From the sequence record OR062947.1: a stretch of 64,000 nt of DNA, one strand, 5' to 3'. The number at the start of each line of letters is the position of its first letter. The first letter of the stretch is position 1. Under the pieces are notes generated by a model that made no database searches, was not told the DNA's origin, and saw only the letters and a program-made list of their open reading frames with translations. Positions 52,855-60,317 of this stretch are shown here, one piece after another. This DNA comes from Escherichia phage 348Ecol098PP. The position numbers and the translations under genes are program-made.

Positions 52855-53217
52855 ATGAAAGCATATCAAATTCTTGAAGGTGCACATAAAGGCACTATTT
52901 ATTTTGAAGACGGTACTCAAGCCCGGATTATTGTCTCTAAGACTTTTAAAGAAGACTCTATTGTAGACCCGGAAATTTTCTATGGTTTGAATGCCCGTGA
53001 AATTGAAATTGAACATCAACCTAAAGTTAAAATTGAAGGTGGTCAACATCTGAACGTTAACGTTCTGCGTCGTGAAACTCTAGAAGATGCAGTTAAGCAT
53101 CCGGAAAAATATCCGCAGCTGACCATCCGTGTATCCGGTTATGCAGTTCGCTTTAACTCTCTGACTCCAGAACAGCAGCGCGACGTTATCGCTCGTACCT
53201 TTACTGAGAGTCTATAA
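52855..53217 (+). CDS. Autonomous glycyl-radical cofactor (GrcA/YfiD-like; T4 tk.4/Y06I type)
   Basis: 120 aa; C-terminal ...[60 protein letters not shown] contains RVSGY glycyl-radical motif. Confidence 0.8.
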   Translation: MKAYQILEGAHKGTIYFEDGTQARIIVSKTFKEDSIVDPEIFYGLNAREIEIEHQPKVKIEGGQHLNVNVLRRETLEDAVKHPEKYPQLTIRVSGYAVRFNSLTPEQQRDVIARTFTESL

Positions 53218-53441
53218 TGGCTAAATTGATTATAGAAGGGTCTGAAGATGTTTTAAAATGTTTTGCCGCCTGGTTTAGTTGCTCAGGCGAGCAATCATTC
53301 ATTGAAGCATTTAGAACGGGTGATATTACTGGAAAATATCCGTCAACCGATATCACTGTACGCGGATATGGTATTAATGAGCCTATCCAATTGGTCGAAT
53401 ATGACCTTGCCACCGATGAGGAAATTCCTTATGTCGATTGA
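53217..53441 (+). CDS. Hypothetical protein
   Basis: 74 aa ORF. Confidence 0.4.
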   Translation: MAKLIIEGSEDVLKCFAAWFSCSGEQSFIEAFRTGDITGKYPSTDITVRGYGINEPIQLVEYDLATDEEIPYVD

Positions 53442-53697
53442 AGACATCAAAGGCTACAAGCCGCATACCGATGATAAAATCAGTAAAGTGAACGCTATTA
53501 AAGACGCAGAAGTCCGTCTTGGATTGTTGTTTGATGCTCTGATTGAAGAAGCATATATCTTGAAAGAAAACGAAACAGAGCAACAAACCAAAGAAGATAT
53601 GGATGCAGTGCAGGCTCTTAAGTATGCTAAGCAACATCTAAAAGAAGCCAGCATGTGGGCATGTCGTGCGGTATTTCGACCTGAGGAAAAATACTAA
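53431..53697 (+). CDS. Hypothetical protein
   Basis: 88 aa from MSIEDIKGYK with SD GAGGAA. Confidence 0.4.
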   Translation: MSIEDIKGYKPHTDDKISKVNAIKDAEVRLGLLFDALIEEAYILKENETEQQTKEDMDAVQALKYAKQHLKEASMWACRAVFRPEEKY

Positions 53698-53912
53698 TGG
53701 CTTCTACTATTACTGGGTTATTGGACTTTCAAGAAAAGGTCAACAAAATTTGTAGTGAATACTTAAAGTATCTTGAAGAAGACCTTGAAGATTGTAAGGA
53801 AGAAGGCGAAGAAGACTATGCTGACCAGCGTCGTCGCCAAATCGAAGAGATGAGGCATTTCGCCAATATGGTATCTAAAGAATCTTGGGCTTTAACTCCA
53901 TTTTATCAATAA
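53697..53912 (+). CDS. Hypothetical acidic protein
   Basis: 71 aa ORF. Confidence 0.4.
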   Translation: MASTITGLLDFQEKVNKICSEYLKYLEEDLEDCKEEGEEDYADQRRRQIEEMRHFANMVSKESWALTPFYQ

Positions 53913-53916
53913 AGTA

Positions 53917-53967
53917 GTTTACTTCTCCTCTAGTTGTGTTACTATAGACCTGTCAACTAGAGGAGAA
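53917..53967 (+). promoter_or_regulatory. regB early promoter with perfect 14-bp IR TTCTCCTCTAGTTG / CAACTAGAGGAGAA (spacer vs SD)
   Basis: GTTTAC 53917-53922, TACTAT 53940-53945; IR arms 53923-53936 and 53954-53967. Confidence 0.65.
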
Positions 53968-53973
53968 ATCAAA

Positions 53974-54432
53974 ATGACTATCAATTCAGACGTTTTTATC
54001 CGCCGTAATAAACTCCGTCGAATCTTTGAAACGGAGTTCCGCAAAATAAATGCCGGTATAAAAGATGCTGCAAAGTCTCTTGGACTACCAGGCTTTCATA
54101 TCAAGTATTCTCAACATCTCTTAGATCGTGCCATCCAGAGAGAAATAGATGAGAATTACGTTTTTGAATTATTTCATAAAGTAAAAAATCATGTTAAAGA
54201 AGTTGCAGAATTTTTATCAATGCCGGCACGTCCAGATGTTGATGAAGATTTTGTCGAAGGTGTCGAATATCGCCCAGGCCGTTTAGAAATAACTGATGGA
54301 AATCTTTGGTTAGGACTTACAGTTTGTCGCGAAAATCCAGCATTCAAAATGAAGACTCTTCAATGCAGAATGGCTATTATTAACAGTAAACGACTACCAG
54401 GAAAAGCTTCTAAAGCAGTGATTAAAATCTAG
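53974..54432 (+). CDS. regB: RegB endoribonuclease
   Basis: 152 aa; MTINSDVFIRRNKLRR...YSQHLLDRAIQREIDE...RLPGKASKAVIK matches remembered T4 RegB. Confidence 0.9.
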   Translation: MTINSDVFIRRNKLRRIFETEFRKINAGIKDAAKSLGLPGFHIKYSQHLLDRAIQREIDENYVFELFHKVKNHVKEVAEFLSMPARPDVDEDFVEGVEYRPGRLEITDGNLWLGLTVCRENPAFKMKTLQCRMAIINSKRLPGKASKAVIKI

Positions 54433-54440
54433 AGGTAAAC

Positions 54441-54983
54441 ATGAGAAAAGCACTACTCGCTGGTCTATTTGCTCTTTCGTTATCAGCACATAGCTCCGAG
54501 CATACTTTTAGTAATGTCCAACTCGATAACTTGAATTATGCTTATCAGTTTGGGGAACAGTTTTCTAAGGACGGAAAATTTAAAACGCATGAAAATATGC
54601 ATAAGAAAGGACTTGGATACATAATGGCCGCAATACTATGGCAAGAATCATCTGCCGGTATTAATCTTAAAGATAAGAAAGGTCACCATGCGTATGGAAT
54701 GTTCCAAAACTATCTACCGTCAATGAGGGCAAGAATTAACCAGCTTGGTTATAATATGACTGATGCCCAAATTAAGAAAATGCTATCTAAGCGGTCTAAT
54801 TCAGCCAGATGGGCTTATATCGAATTTTCTTATTGGTTAAATATACATAATGGGGATATAAGAAAAGCTATATCCTCATATAATGCGGGATGGAAGACAA
54901 GTGCTGGAAGTAAATATGCTTCTGAAGTCCTAGAAAAGGCTAATTACCTTAAATCAAATAAACTACTGGAAATAAAAGAATGA
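54441..54983 (+). CDS. Secreted lytic transglycosylase (SLT-domain) protein
   Basis: 180 aa; N-terminal signal peptide; SLT-like motifs WQESS, AYGMFQ, YNAG. Confidence 0.55.
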   Translation: MRKALLAGLFALSLSAHSSEHTFSNVQLDNLNYAYQFGEQFSKDGKFKTHENMHKKGLGYIMAAILWQESSAGINLKDKKGHHAYGMFQNYLPSMRARINQLGYNMTDAQIKKMLSKRSNSARWAYIEFSYWLNIHNGDIRKAISSYNAGWKTSAGSKYASEVLEKANYLKSNKLLEIKE

Positions 54984-55327
54984 CCAAAATGTTGGCTTTA
55001 ATAGTTGGCTTGGTTTCATTTAACGCTCTTGCTAATACTACATATACTGATGTAACGGAGTATACAAACAGAACGGCGTCTGATTATTGTGGTAAAAGTC
55101 AAGAGTGTAAAGTAGATTTTTCACAAAAATTGTTATATGCGTATAAAGACGGAGAAAAAGATGGGGCGTCTAGTAGGTTCAAGGCGTCTACCTTAATTAA
55201 AAGATACTATAAAAAATGGCAAATATTAGAATGCTCGGTGGCGGAACCTAAAGATAAGGCAGCATGCAATTCTATGGTGGACCGTCTAGTTGACTCTTAT
55301 ACTAGAGGACTTGCAGCAAGTGATTAA
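54980..55327 (+). CDS. Predicted exported/periplasmic protein
   Basis: 115 aa; signal peptide MTKMLALIVGLVSFNALA; 4 Cys. Confidence 0.45.
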   Translation: MTKMLALIVGLVSFNALANTTYTDVTEYTNRTASDYCGKSQECKVDFSQKLLYAYKDGEKDGASSRFKASTLIKRYYKKWQILECSVAEPKDKAACNSMVDRLVDSYTRGLAASD

Positions 55328-55784
55328 AAACTATATCAAGGGCGATATTGTCGCCCTGTTTTCTAAAGGTAATAATATTGCTCATGGGTGTAATTGTTTT
55401 CATACAATGGGCGCTGGTGTGGCAGGACAATTAGCAAAGGCTTATCCAAAAATTCTGGAAGCCGATAAACTTCAAACCGAATTCGGAGACGAGTCTAAAC
55501 TCGGGACTTATTCGGTTTATGAAAAATATTTTAAGACCCATAAAGCTTATTGCTTTAATCTTTATACACAGTTTGAGCCGGGACCTAATTTTGAGTACTC
55601 TGCTTTAATGAATTGTATAATAGAATTAAATGAATTCGGAAAGAATAAGATAACAAAGCCTGTAATTTATATGCCAAGAATTGGTGCAGGTATTGGTGGT
55701 GGAAACTGGGACGTCATCGAAGAGATTTTAGATACGTATTCTACTAAACTAGAAATTGTGATTGTTGATTGGGAACCTAAATGA
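55320..55784 (+). CDS. Macro-domain protein (ADP-ribose binding/processing)
   Basis: Macro-like motifs GDIV...IAHGCNC...GAGVAGQLAKA and IGAGIGGG; start uncertain (GTG 55320 or TTG 55290). Confidence 0.5.
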   Translation: MIKNYIKGDIVALFSKGNNIAHGCNCFHTMGAGVAGQLAKAYPKILEADKLQTEFGDESKLGTYSVYEKYFKTHKAYCFNLYTQFEPGPNFEYSALMNCIIELNEFGKNKITKPVIYMPRIGAGIGGGNWDVIEEILDTYSTKLEIVIVDWEPK

Positions 55785-55963
55785 AATTAACTAAAGAAGA
55801 GAAAGCTAAACTGTTCGAACTTATCCATGACCTATTGGATGAGCAAGCAGCCACCAATGCGTACGATGAATATGCTCCTTTAACAGATGAAGAATATCAA
55901 GCATTGATGGAATCATTTGACAGGAAAGAACAAGAACTCATTGACTACGTGAATTCACTATAA
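55781..55963 (+). CDS. Hypothetical acidic protein
   Basis: 60 aa ORF overlapping upstream stop. Confidence 0.4.
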   Translation: MKLTKEEKAKLFELIHDLLDEQAATNAYDEYAPLTDEEYQALMESFDRKEQELIDYVNSL

Positions 55964-55972
55964 GGGACTCTT

Positions 55973-56554
55973 ATGGCTAGTTTAATTTTTACATATGCCG
56001 CTATGAACGCTGGTAAGTCTGCTTCATTACTTACTGCCGCACATAACTATAAAGAACGTGGCATGGGTGTATTAGTTCTTAAACCGGCTATTGATACTCG
56101 TGATTCAAAGGGTGAAATAGTCTCTCGTATTGGTATTCGTCAGGATGCCAATATAATTACAAAAGACATGGATATCTTTGAATTCTATAAATGGGCTGCA
56201 GCACAAAAGGATATTCACTGCGTATTTGTTGACGAAGCTCAGTTCTTAACTACTGAAAAGGTGTATCAACTTAGTCGTATTGTTGACGTATACAATGTGC
56301 CAGTAATGGCATATGGACTACGAACAGATTTTAAAGGTAATCTATTTGAAGGTTCTCAAGCATTAATGGCTATTGCCGATAAGCTTGTTGAACTTAAAGG
56401 TGTCTGTCATTGTGGTAAAAAGGCCACAATGGTAGCTAGAGTCACGGAAGATGGACTTCCAATTACAGATGGCAGTCAAATTGAAATTGGTGATACCGAT
56501 AGATATGTGTCATTATGCCGGAAGCATTGGAATGATTTGACAGGGTTGTTATAA
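55973..56554 (+). CDS. tk: Thymidine kinase
   Basis: 193 aa; P-loop AMNAGKSA; C-terminal Cys cluster; size matches T4 Tk. Confidence 0.9.
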   Translation: MASLIFTYAAMNAGKSASLLTAAHNYKERGMGVLVLKPAIDTRDSKGEIVSRIGIRQDANIITKDMDIFEFYKWAAAQKDIHCVFVDEAQFLTTEKVYQLSRIVDVYNVPVMAYGLRTDFKGNLFEGSQALMAIADKLVELKGVCHCGKKATMVARVTEDGLPITDGSQIEIGDTDRYVSLCRKHWNDLTGLL

Positions 56555-56581
56555 ATACTAATATCTAACCAAGAGGTATAT

Positions 56582-56794
56582 ATGCAGCAATTAAACGAAA
56601 GACAACTTCGTAATCTTACTGTAACCCAATTGGATGAAATCCGAAGAGAATTAGGACATTCTATTTCTCATTTAAACGAGGATATCCGTCAAACTGGTTC
56701 TAAAGCTGATTATACACGCAAGCGCAAGCTGGAAAAATACCTCACAGATGTTAAGGCCGTCCAAAGGCGAAAAATAAATACTGGCCAAAATTAA
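56582..56794 (+). CDS. Hypothetical protein (T4 rI.-1 position)
   Basis: 70 aa ORF between tk and rI. Confidence 0.45.
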   Translation: MQQLNERQLRNLTVTQLDEIRRELGHSISHLNEDIRQTGSKADYTRKRKLEKYLTDVKAVQRRKINTGQN

Positions 56795-56806
56795 CAGGAG
56801 GCCTAT

Positions 56807-57109
56807 ATGGCCTTAAGAGCGATAGCTGTCATGGCGATGCTGGGGTTTTTTGCAGCAACAACTCCTATCGTTGGTACTGCATATATCGACCCATATTTTG
56901 ATAACTTTATGGAATCAGGGATTAAAAACGTATATACTTTGTTTGAAATTCAAAATGTCGAGAATTCTGAAAAATTCTATAAGTATATGGCAAAGCATTA
57001 CAAAAATAGCCCCTGTGATGATGCATTTGAATGTCATGAACAAGGCATAAAAACTGCCAGACAATTTGCCGAGTTCATGAAAATAAAATTAGAGCCTACA
57101 TCTATCTAA
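56807..57109 (+). CDS. rI: Lysis inhibition regulator RI (antiholin)
   Basis: 100 aa; signal-anchor MALRAIAVMAMLGFFAA then DPYFDNFMESGIKNVY...; resembles remembered T4 RI. Confidence 0.8.
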   Translation: MALRAIAVMAMLGFFAATTPIVGTAYIDPYFDNFMESGIKNVYTLFEIQNVENSEKFYKYMAKHYKNSPCDDAFECHEQGIKTARQFAEFMKIKLEPTSI

Positions 57110-57112
57110 TTT

Positions 57113-57145
57113 ACTAGCCCCTTCCGAAAGGTTGGGGCTTTTTGG
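57113..57145 (+). terminator. Rho-independent terminator after rI
   Basis: Same hairpin+T-run module as 41852-41884. Confidence 0.65.
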
Positions 57146-57154
57146 CATCTATCA

Positions 57155-57206
57155 GTTTACTTCTCCTCAGGTTGTGTTATAGTAAACCTTACTTACTAGA
57201 GGAGAA
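57155..57206 (+). promoter_or_regulatory. Early promoter with IR TTCTCCTC / GAGGAGAA (spacer vs SD)
   Basis: GTTTAC 57155-57160, TATAGT 57179-57184; IR 57161-57168 and 57199-57206. Confidence 0.55.
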
Positions 57207-57210
57207 CGTT

Positions 57211-57390
57211 ATGTCACGTAAAGAAAAAATTTCTAAGTTAATGTTTTTGATTGAAGAGTACGCTAATGCGGTATCTGATTGGGAAAATGCTCATGGTTGC
57301 GAAGATGGAGACATCGACATTAACAGAGCTATGAAAAAGATGGCTGATACGCACACCGAATTGCAAATGTATGTTAACGAGATTATGTGA
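57211..57390 (+). CDS. Hypothetical protein
   Basis: 59 aa from MSRKEK with SD GAGGAGAA. Confidence 0.4.
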   Translation: MSRKEKISKLMFLIEEYANAVSDWENAHGCEDGDIDINRAMKKMADTHTELQMYVNEIM

Positions 57391-57397
57391 GGACATT

Positions 57398-57607
57398 ATG
57401 CTTTACGATTATACTGGAAAATCTGAAGACGGTGTACTTGAACTTTTACCTGAAAGTGCTGAAGATGATGATATGACGACGGTGATGTTTTGTAAAAATG
57501 GCCCTGGGGATAAGGGATGGATTTATCTTCGTCAAGAAAATGACTTAATTGTTTTGGACCCTAAACAAGTTGAAGAACTTTATCAACATTTAAAACACAA
57601 TCGGTAG
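57398..57607 (+). CDS. Hypothetical acidic protein
   Basis: 69 aa from MLYDYTGK. Confidence 0.4.
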   Translation: MLYDYTGKSEDGVLELLPESAEDDDMTTVMFCKNGPGDKGWIYLRQENDLIVLDPKQVEELYQHLKHNR

Positions 57608-57645
57608 TTTACAACTTGGTAGGACTATGTTATAGTAGTCCTACC
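57607..57645 (+). promoter_or_regulatory. Early promoter inside IR GGTAGGACTA / TAGTCCTACC
   Basis: GTTTAC 57607-57612, TATAGT 57631-57636; IR 57618-57627 and 57636-57645. Confidence 0.55.
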
Positions 57646-57664
57646 AAAACAAATGGAGAACAAA

Positions 57665-57775
57665 ATGAAACTTTTGCTTATCGCTTATGTTGTAGTACAA
57701 TACAATTATCCGATGTTTACGTATAACATGGTAAATGGTATAATGAATCTTATTGAAGCGAGTATGGTAAAATGA
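57665..57775 (+). CDS. Possible 36-aa hydrophobic peptide
   Basis: Short ORF MKLLLIAYVVVQYNYPMF... directly behind an early promoter stem-loop. Confidence 0.25.
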   Translation: MKLLLIAYVVVQYNYPMFTYNMVNGIMNLIEASMVK

Positions 57776-57887
57776 CCTGTGAACAAGCTAATAAATTGAT
57801 AGATCTTATTTAATTTTTATAGAAATCAGGTTGATGCTCGTCAGAATTATTTGGTGAATTTTGTTGAAACTTTAATTGGTGAATAAT

Positions 57888-58418
57888 ATGAAAACTGTAA
57901 TTGAAACGACTGAGTTGTTTGGTGATTTATGTATCGAAAAACGTGGTTATGCGTACGTTCTGACGCAAGAAGATGATGTTGTTACTATTCTTCCTATGGA
58001 ACTAGACAAGATTTTGAAACTCAATCCACCTGGTCATGCATCTGTAATTAACATTGATGGAGACCTTCAAGTTCGTTTTTATCACGGACTTTATAGCGGG
58101 GTTAATATCGAAACCGAAGATGAATGTTTTTCTATTAATAATTGGAAAACATTTGTCACTAAGGTGAAAGAATTCATGGAATCTGAAACAGCCAAAAAGG
58201 CCAAACTTCAATGGGCTAAATGCCGTAATGCTTTTATTACAAATCAGGACCGCCCTGACTATACAACAGTCCTGGGAGTTAATCCTTCTTATGAAGATGG
58301 TGATGTCGTAGTTATTCGTCAAATTGATGACCTTCGTCAACATATCATTACATTAGACAAAGATGAAGCAGTTGCTCTTAAAGCTTATCTTGATTCTATT
58401 ATCCCGACTTTGAAATAA
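57888..58418 (+). CDS. Hypothetical protein
   Basis: 176 aa from MKTVIETTE. Confidence 0.45.
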   Translation: MKTVIETTELFGDLCIEKRGYAYVLTQEDDVVTILPMELDKILKLNPPGHASVINIDGDLQVRFYHGLYSGVNIETEDECFSINNWKTFVTKVKEFMESETAKKAKLQWAKCRNAFITNQDRPDYTTVLGVNPSYEDGDVVVIRQIDDLRQHIITLDKDEAVALKAYLDSIIPTLK

Positions 58419-58427
58419 GGAATTATT

Positions 58428-58901
58428 ATGATTATCAATGAAAACTCTTGGCACTTTAAAATTTATGCAGCGTTCAATAGTACATGGAATCGTCCGAAAA
58501 CGTTGTGTGCTTATTTTTGGAAAACGTTAATCCCGGTATTGGCTGCTTCAATTATTGGATTTGCGATTTTAGCAGCAGTCACAATCATTGGCCAGGAAAT
58601 TTTAACTAAATTCTTTGTTTTTAGCAGTCTATGGACATTAGTTCCAGCCTCAATTGGTGTAGGCATTTTAATGGTAGCAGTCATGGCTTTTATTGCTACT
58701 GGGTTGGTAATTGGTCCGTCTTGGTTGTTAGACAAATATAACGACAGAAAATATTATAAAGAAATTGAGCTCATTGCACAAAACCAAGAACGAATTAAAA
58801 ATGGACTTGAGCCTATTGAACGTAAGAAATCATTAATAGGTGAATACCTTAAAGCTCGTAAAGAAAAAGTCTGTCCTACTCTTGAATATAAGGCTAAATG
58901 A
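58428..58901 (+). CDS. Membrane protein
   Basis: 157 aa with 3 predicted TM helices. Confidence 0.45.
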   Translation: MIINENSWHFKIYAAFNSTWNRPKTLCAYFWKTLIPVLAASIIGFAILAAVTIIGQEILTKFFVFSSLWTLVPASIGVGILMVAVMAFIATGLVIGPSWLLDKYNDRKYYKEIELIAQNQERIKNGLEPIERKKSLIGEYLKARKEKVCPTLEYKAK

Positions 58902-59887
58902 TGAAAACAATTATGAAAGGCTACTTTGGTAGCCACCTTTATGGAACGTCTACTCCTGAATCTGACGTCGATTTTAAAGAAATTTATGTCCCTCATGCTC
59001 GTGATATCTTGACCGGTAACGTTAAAGAACACATGAGCAAGAACACGAATAACACATCTTCTAAGAACACAAAAGACGACGTGGACCATGAGTTGTATAG
59101 TCTCAAATATTTCTTTAAACTAGCTGCGGATGGTGAAACCGTCGCATTAGATATGCTTCACACTCCACCAAGTCTAGTAGTTAAATCTGATTTGCCTGAT
59201 GTATGGAAGTATATTCAAGATAACAGGTCTCGTTTCTATACCACTAACATGAAATCTTATTTAGGGTATGTCCGTAAGCAAGCTTCTAAATATGGTGTCA
59301 AGGGTTCTCGACTGGCTGTTCTTCGTCAAGCCCTTAAACGTTCTAATGAATGGGGACAATACTTTGATAATGGTGCAGTAATTCGTTTATCACATATGAA
59401 GAATGTTCTGCCTGTAGGTGAATTTGCTTCGTGGGTTGAAACCGAAAACGAGAAAACAGGTAAGCAAACATTCTATAATCTGTTAGACCGTAAATTCCAA
59501 GACACATTAACCAATAAAGAGTTCAATGCCATCCTGGTTAAACTGGAAGAGAACTATGGTGAACGTGCTCGTAAGGCAGAAGCTAACGAAGGTATTGACT
59601 GGAAAGCATTGAGTCATGCATGTCGTGGTGGACTTCAACTATTGGAAATTTACAAAACCGACGACCTGGTTTACCCACTTCAGGATGCTCCATTTATTCT
59701 CGATGTTAAGCTTGGTAAACATACATTTAAAACTGTACAAGAATTCCTAGAAGATATCGTTGACCAAGTTGAACAAGCATCAGAACAAGCCGCTAAGAAC
59801 GGTATGCAACAAAAAGTAGATATGAGTTTCTGGGATGATTTCCTTGAGCAAGTCTATCTCGAAAATCATAATTCTTACTATAAATAA
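58898..59887 (+). CDS. Nucleotidyltransferase-fold protein (pol-beta-like GS...D.D motif)
   Basis: 329 aa; N-terminal YFGSHLYGTSTPESDVDF and later ALDMLH (third acidic residue); ATGA-coupled to upstream membrane ORF. Confidence 0.5.
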   Translation: MMKTIMKGYFGSHLYGTSTPESDVDFKEIYVPHARDILTGNVKEHMSKNTNNTSSKNTKDDVDHELYSLKYFFKLAADGETVALDMLHTPPSLVVKSDLPDVWKYIQDNRSRFYTTNMKSYLGYVRKQASKYGVKGSRLAVLRQALKRSNEWGQYFDNGAVIRLSHMKNVLPVGEFASWVETENEKTGKQTFYNLLDRKFQDTLTNKEFNAILVKLEENYGERARKAEANEGIDWKALSHACRGGLQLLEIYKTDDLVYPLQDAPFILDVKLGKHTFKTVQEFLEDIVDQVEQASEQAAKNGMQQKVDMSFWDDFLEQVYLENHNSYYK

Positions 59888-59918
59888 ATAGATAAATAAC
59901 CCTTAACTTGAGGTAAAT

Positions 59919-60200
59919 ATGAAAAAATTAGTAATTGGTTTATTCGCAGTAATGATGGCATTCTCTGTTGGTGCTACCACAGGTGCAGCCGGCGGTAGTG
60001 CAGGAGCTGGTGGTAACCAGTCTTCTGGGCCTTCCAACGGTTCGGTAAATGCATCACATTCTCAGGGTATTGAGAACATTAAATCAAGCTATATTAATAG
60101 CACGGCCGGACAAGCAACTGAAGCATGGTCAAAGGGCCGAGTAGTTACTCGCTCCGTATTCTGTGATATGCCTAATTATGTTGCTAAGTGCGATAAGTAA
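59919..60200 (+). CDS. Small secreted Gly/Ser-rich protein
   Basis: 93 aa; signal peptide MKKLVIGLFAVMMAFSVGA; followed by terminator. Confidence 0.45.
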   Translation: MKKLVIGLFAVMMAFSVGATTGAAGGSAGAGGNQSSGPSNGSVNASHSQGIENIKSSYINSTAGQATEAWSKGRVVTRSVFCDMPNYVAKCDK

Positions 60201-60203
60201 ATG

Positions 60204-60235
60204 TGGGGACCTTCGGGTCCCTTTAGGGGGTTAAA
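60204..60235 (+). terminator. Rho-independent terminator
   Basis: GGGGACC-TTCG-GGTCCC then TTTAGGGGG (related to 42556-42585). Confidence 0.55.
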
Positions 60236-60251
60236 ATATTTAAAAAAGTAG

Positions 60252-60279
60252 TGTACATGCTTTTAGGATATGTTATTAT
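60252..60279 (+). promoter_or_regulatory. Early promoter TGTACA / TGTTATTAT
   Basis: -35 60252-60257, TATTAT 60274-60279. Confidence 0.45.
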
Positions 60280-60317
60280 AGACCTATCGAAACGAAATGA
60301 GTAAATTGGAGAATAAA

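Noticed and set aside
53431-53697. Considered calling this 88-aa ORF (or a neighbour) the Acb2/vs.4-type cyclic-nucleotide sponge
   Set aside because: I cannot recall the Acb2 sequence well enough to match it by eye; left as hypothetical. A profile search of all small ORFs between denV and tk would settle it.
39200-57650. Recurring ~25-bp AGTCCTATCAAA-type repeats at irregular spacing, superficially like a degenerate CRISPR array
   Set aside because: Each copy is a promoter (-35 GTTTAC, extended -10) directly upstream of an ORF start; spacing is gene-length and irregular, there is no leader/cas context, and the repeats contain inverted, not direct, symmetry.
57776-57887. Short direct repeats TTGGTGAAT and a TATAAT box in the gap before ORF 57888
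   Set aside because: Too short and AT-rich to distinguish from chance; probably part of an ordinary promoter/RBS region.
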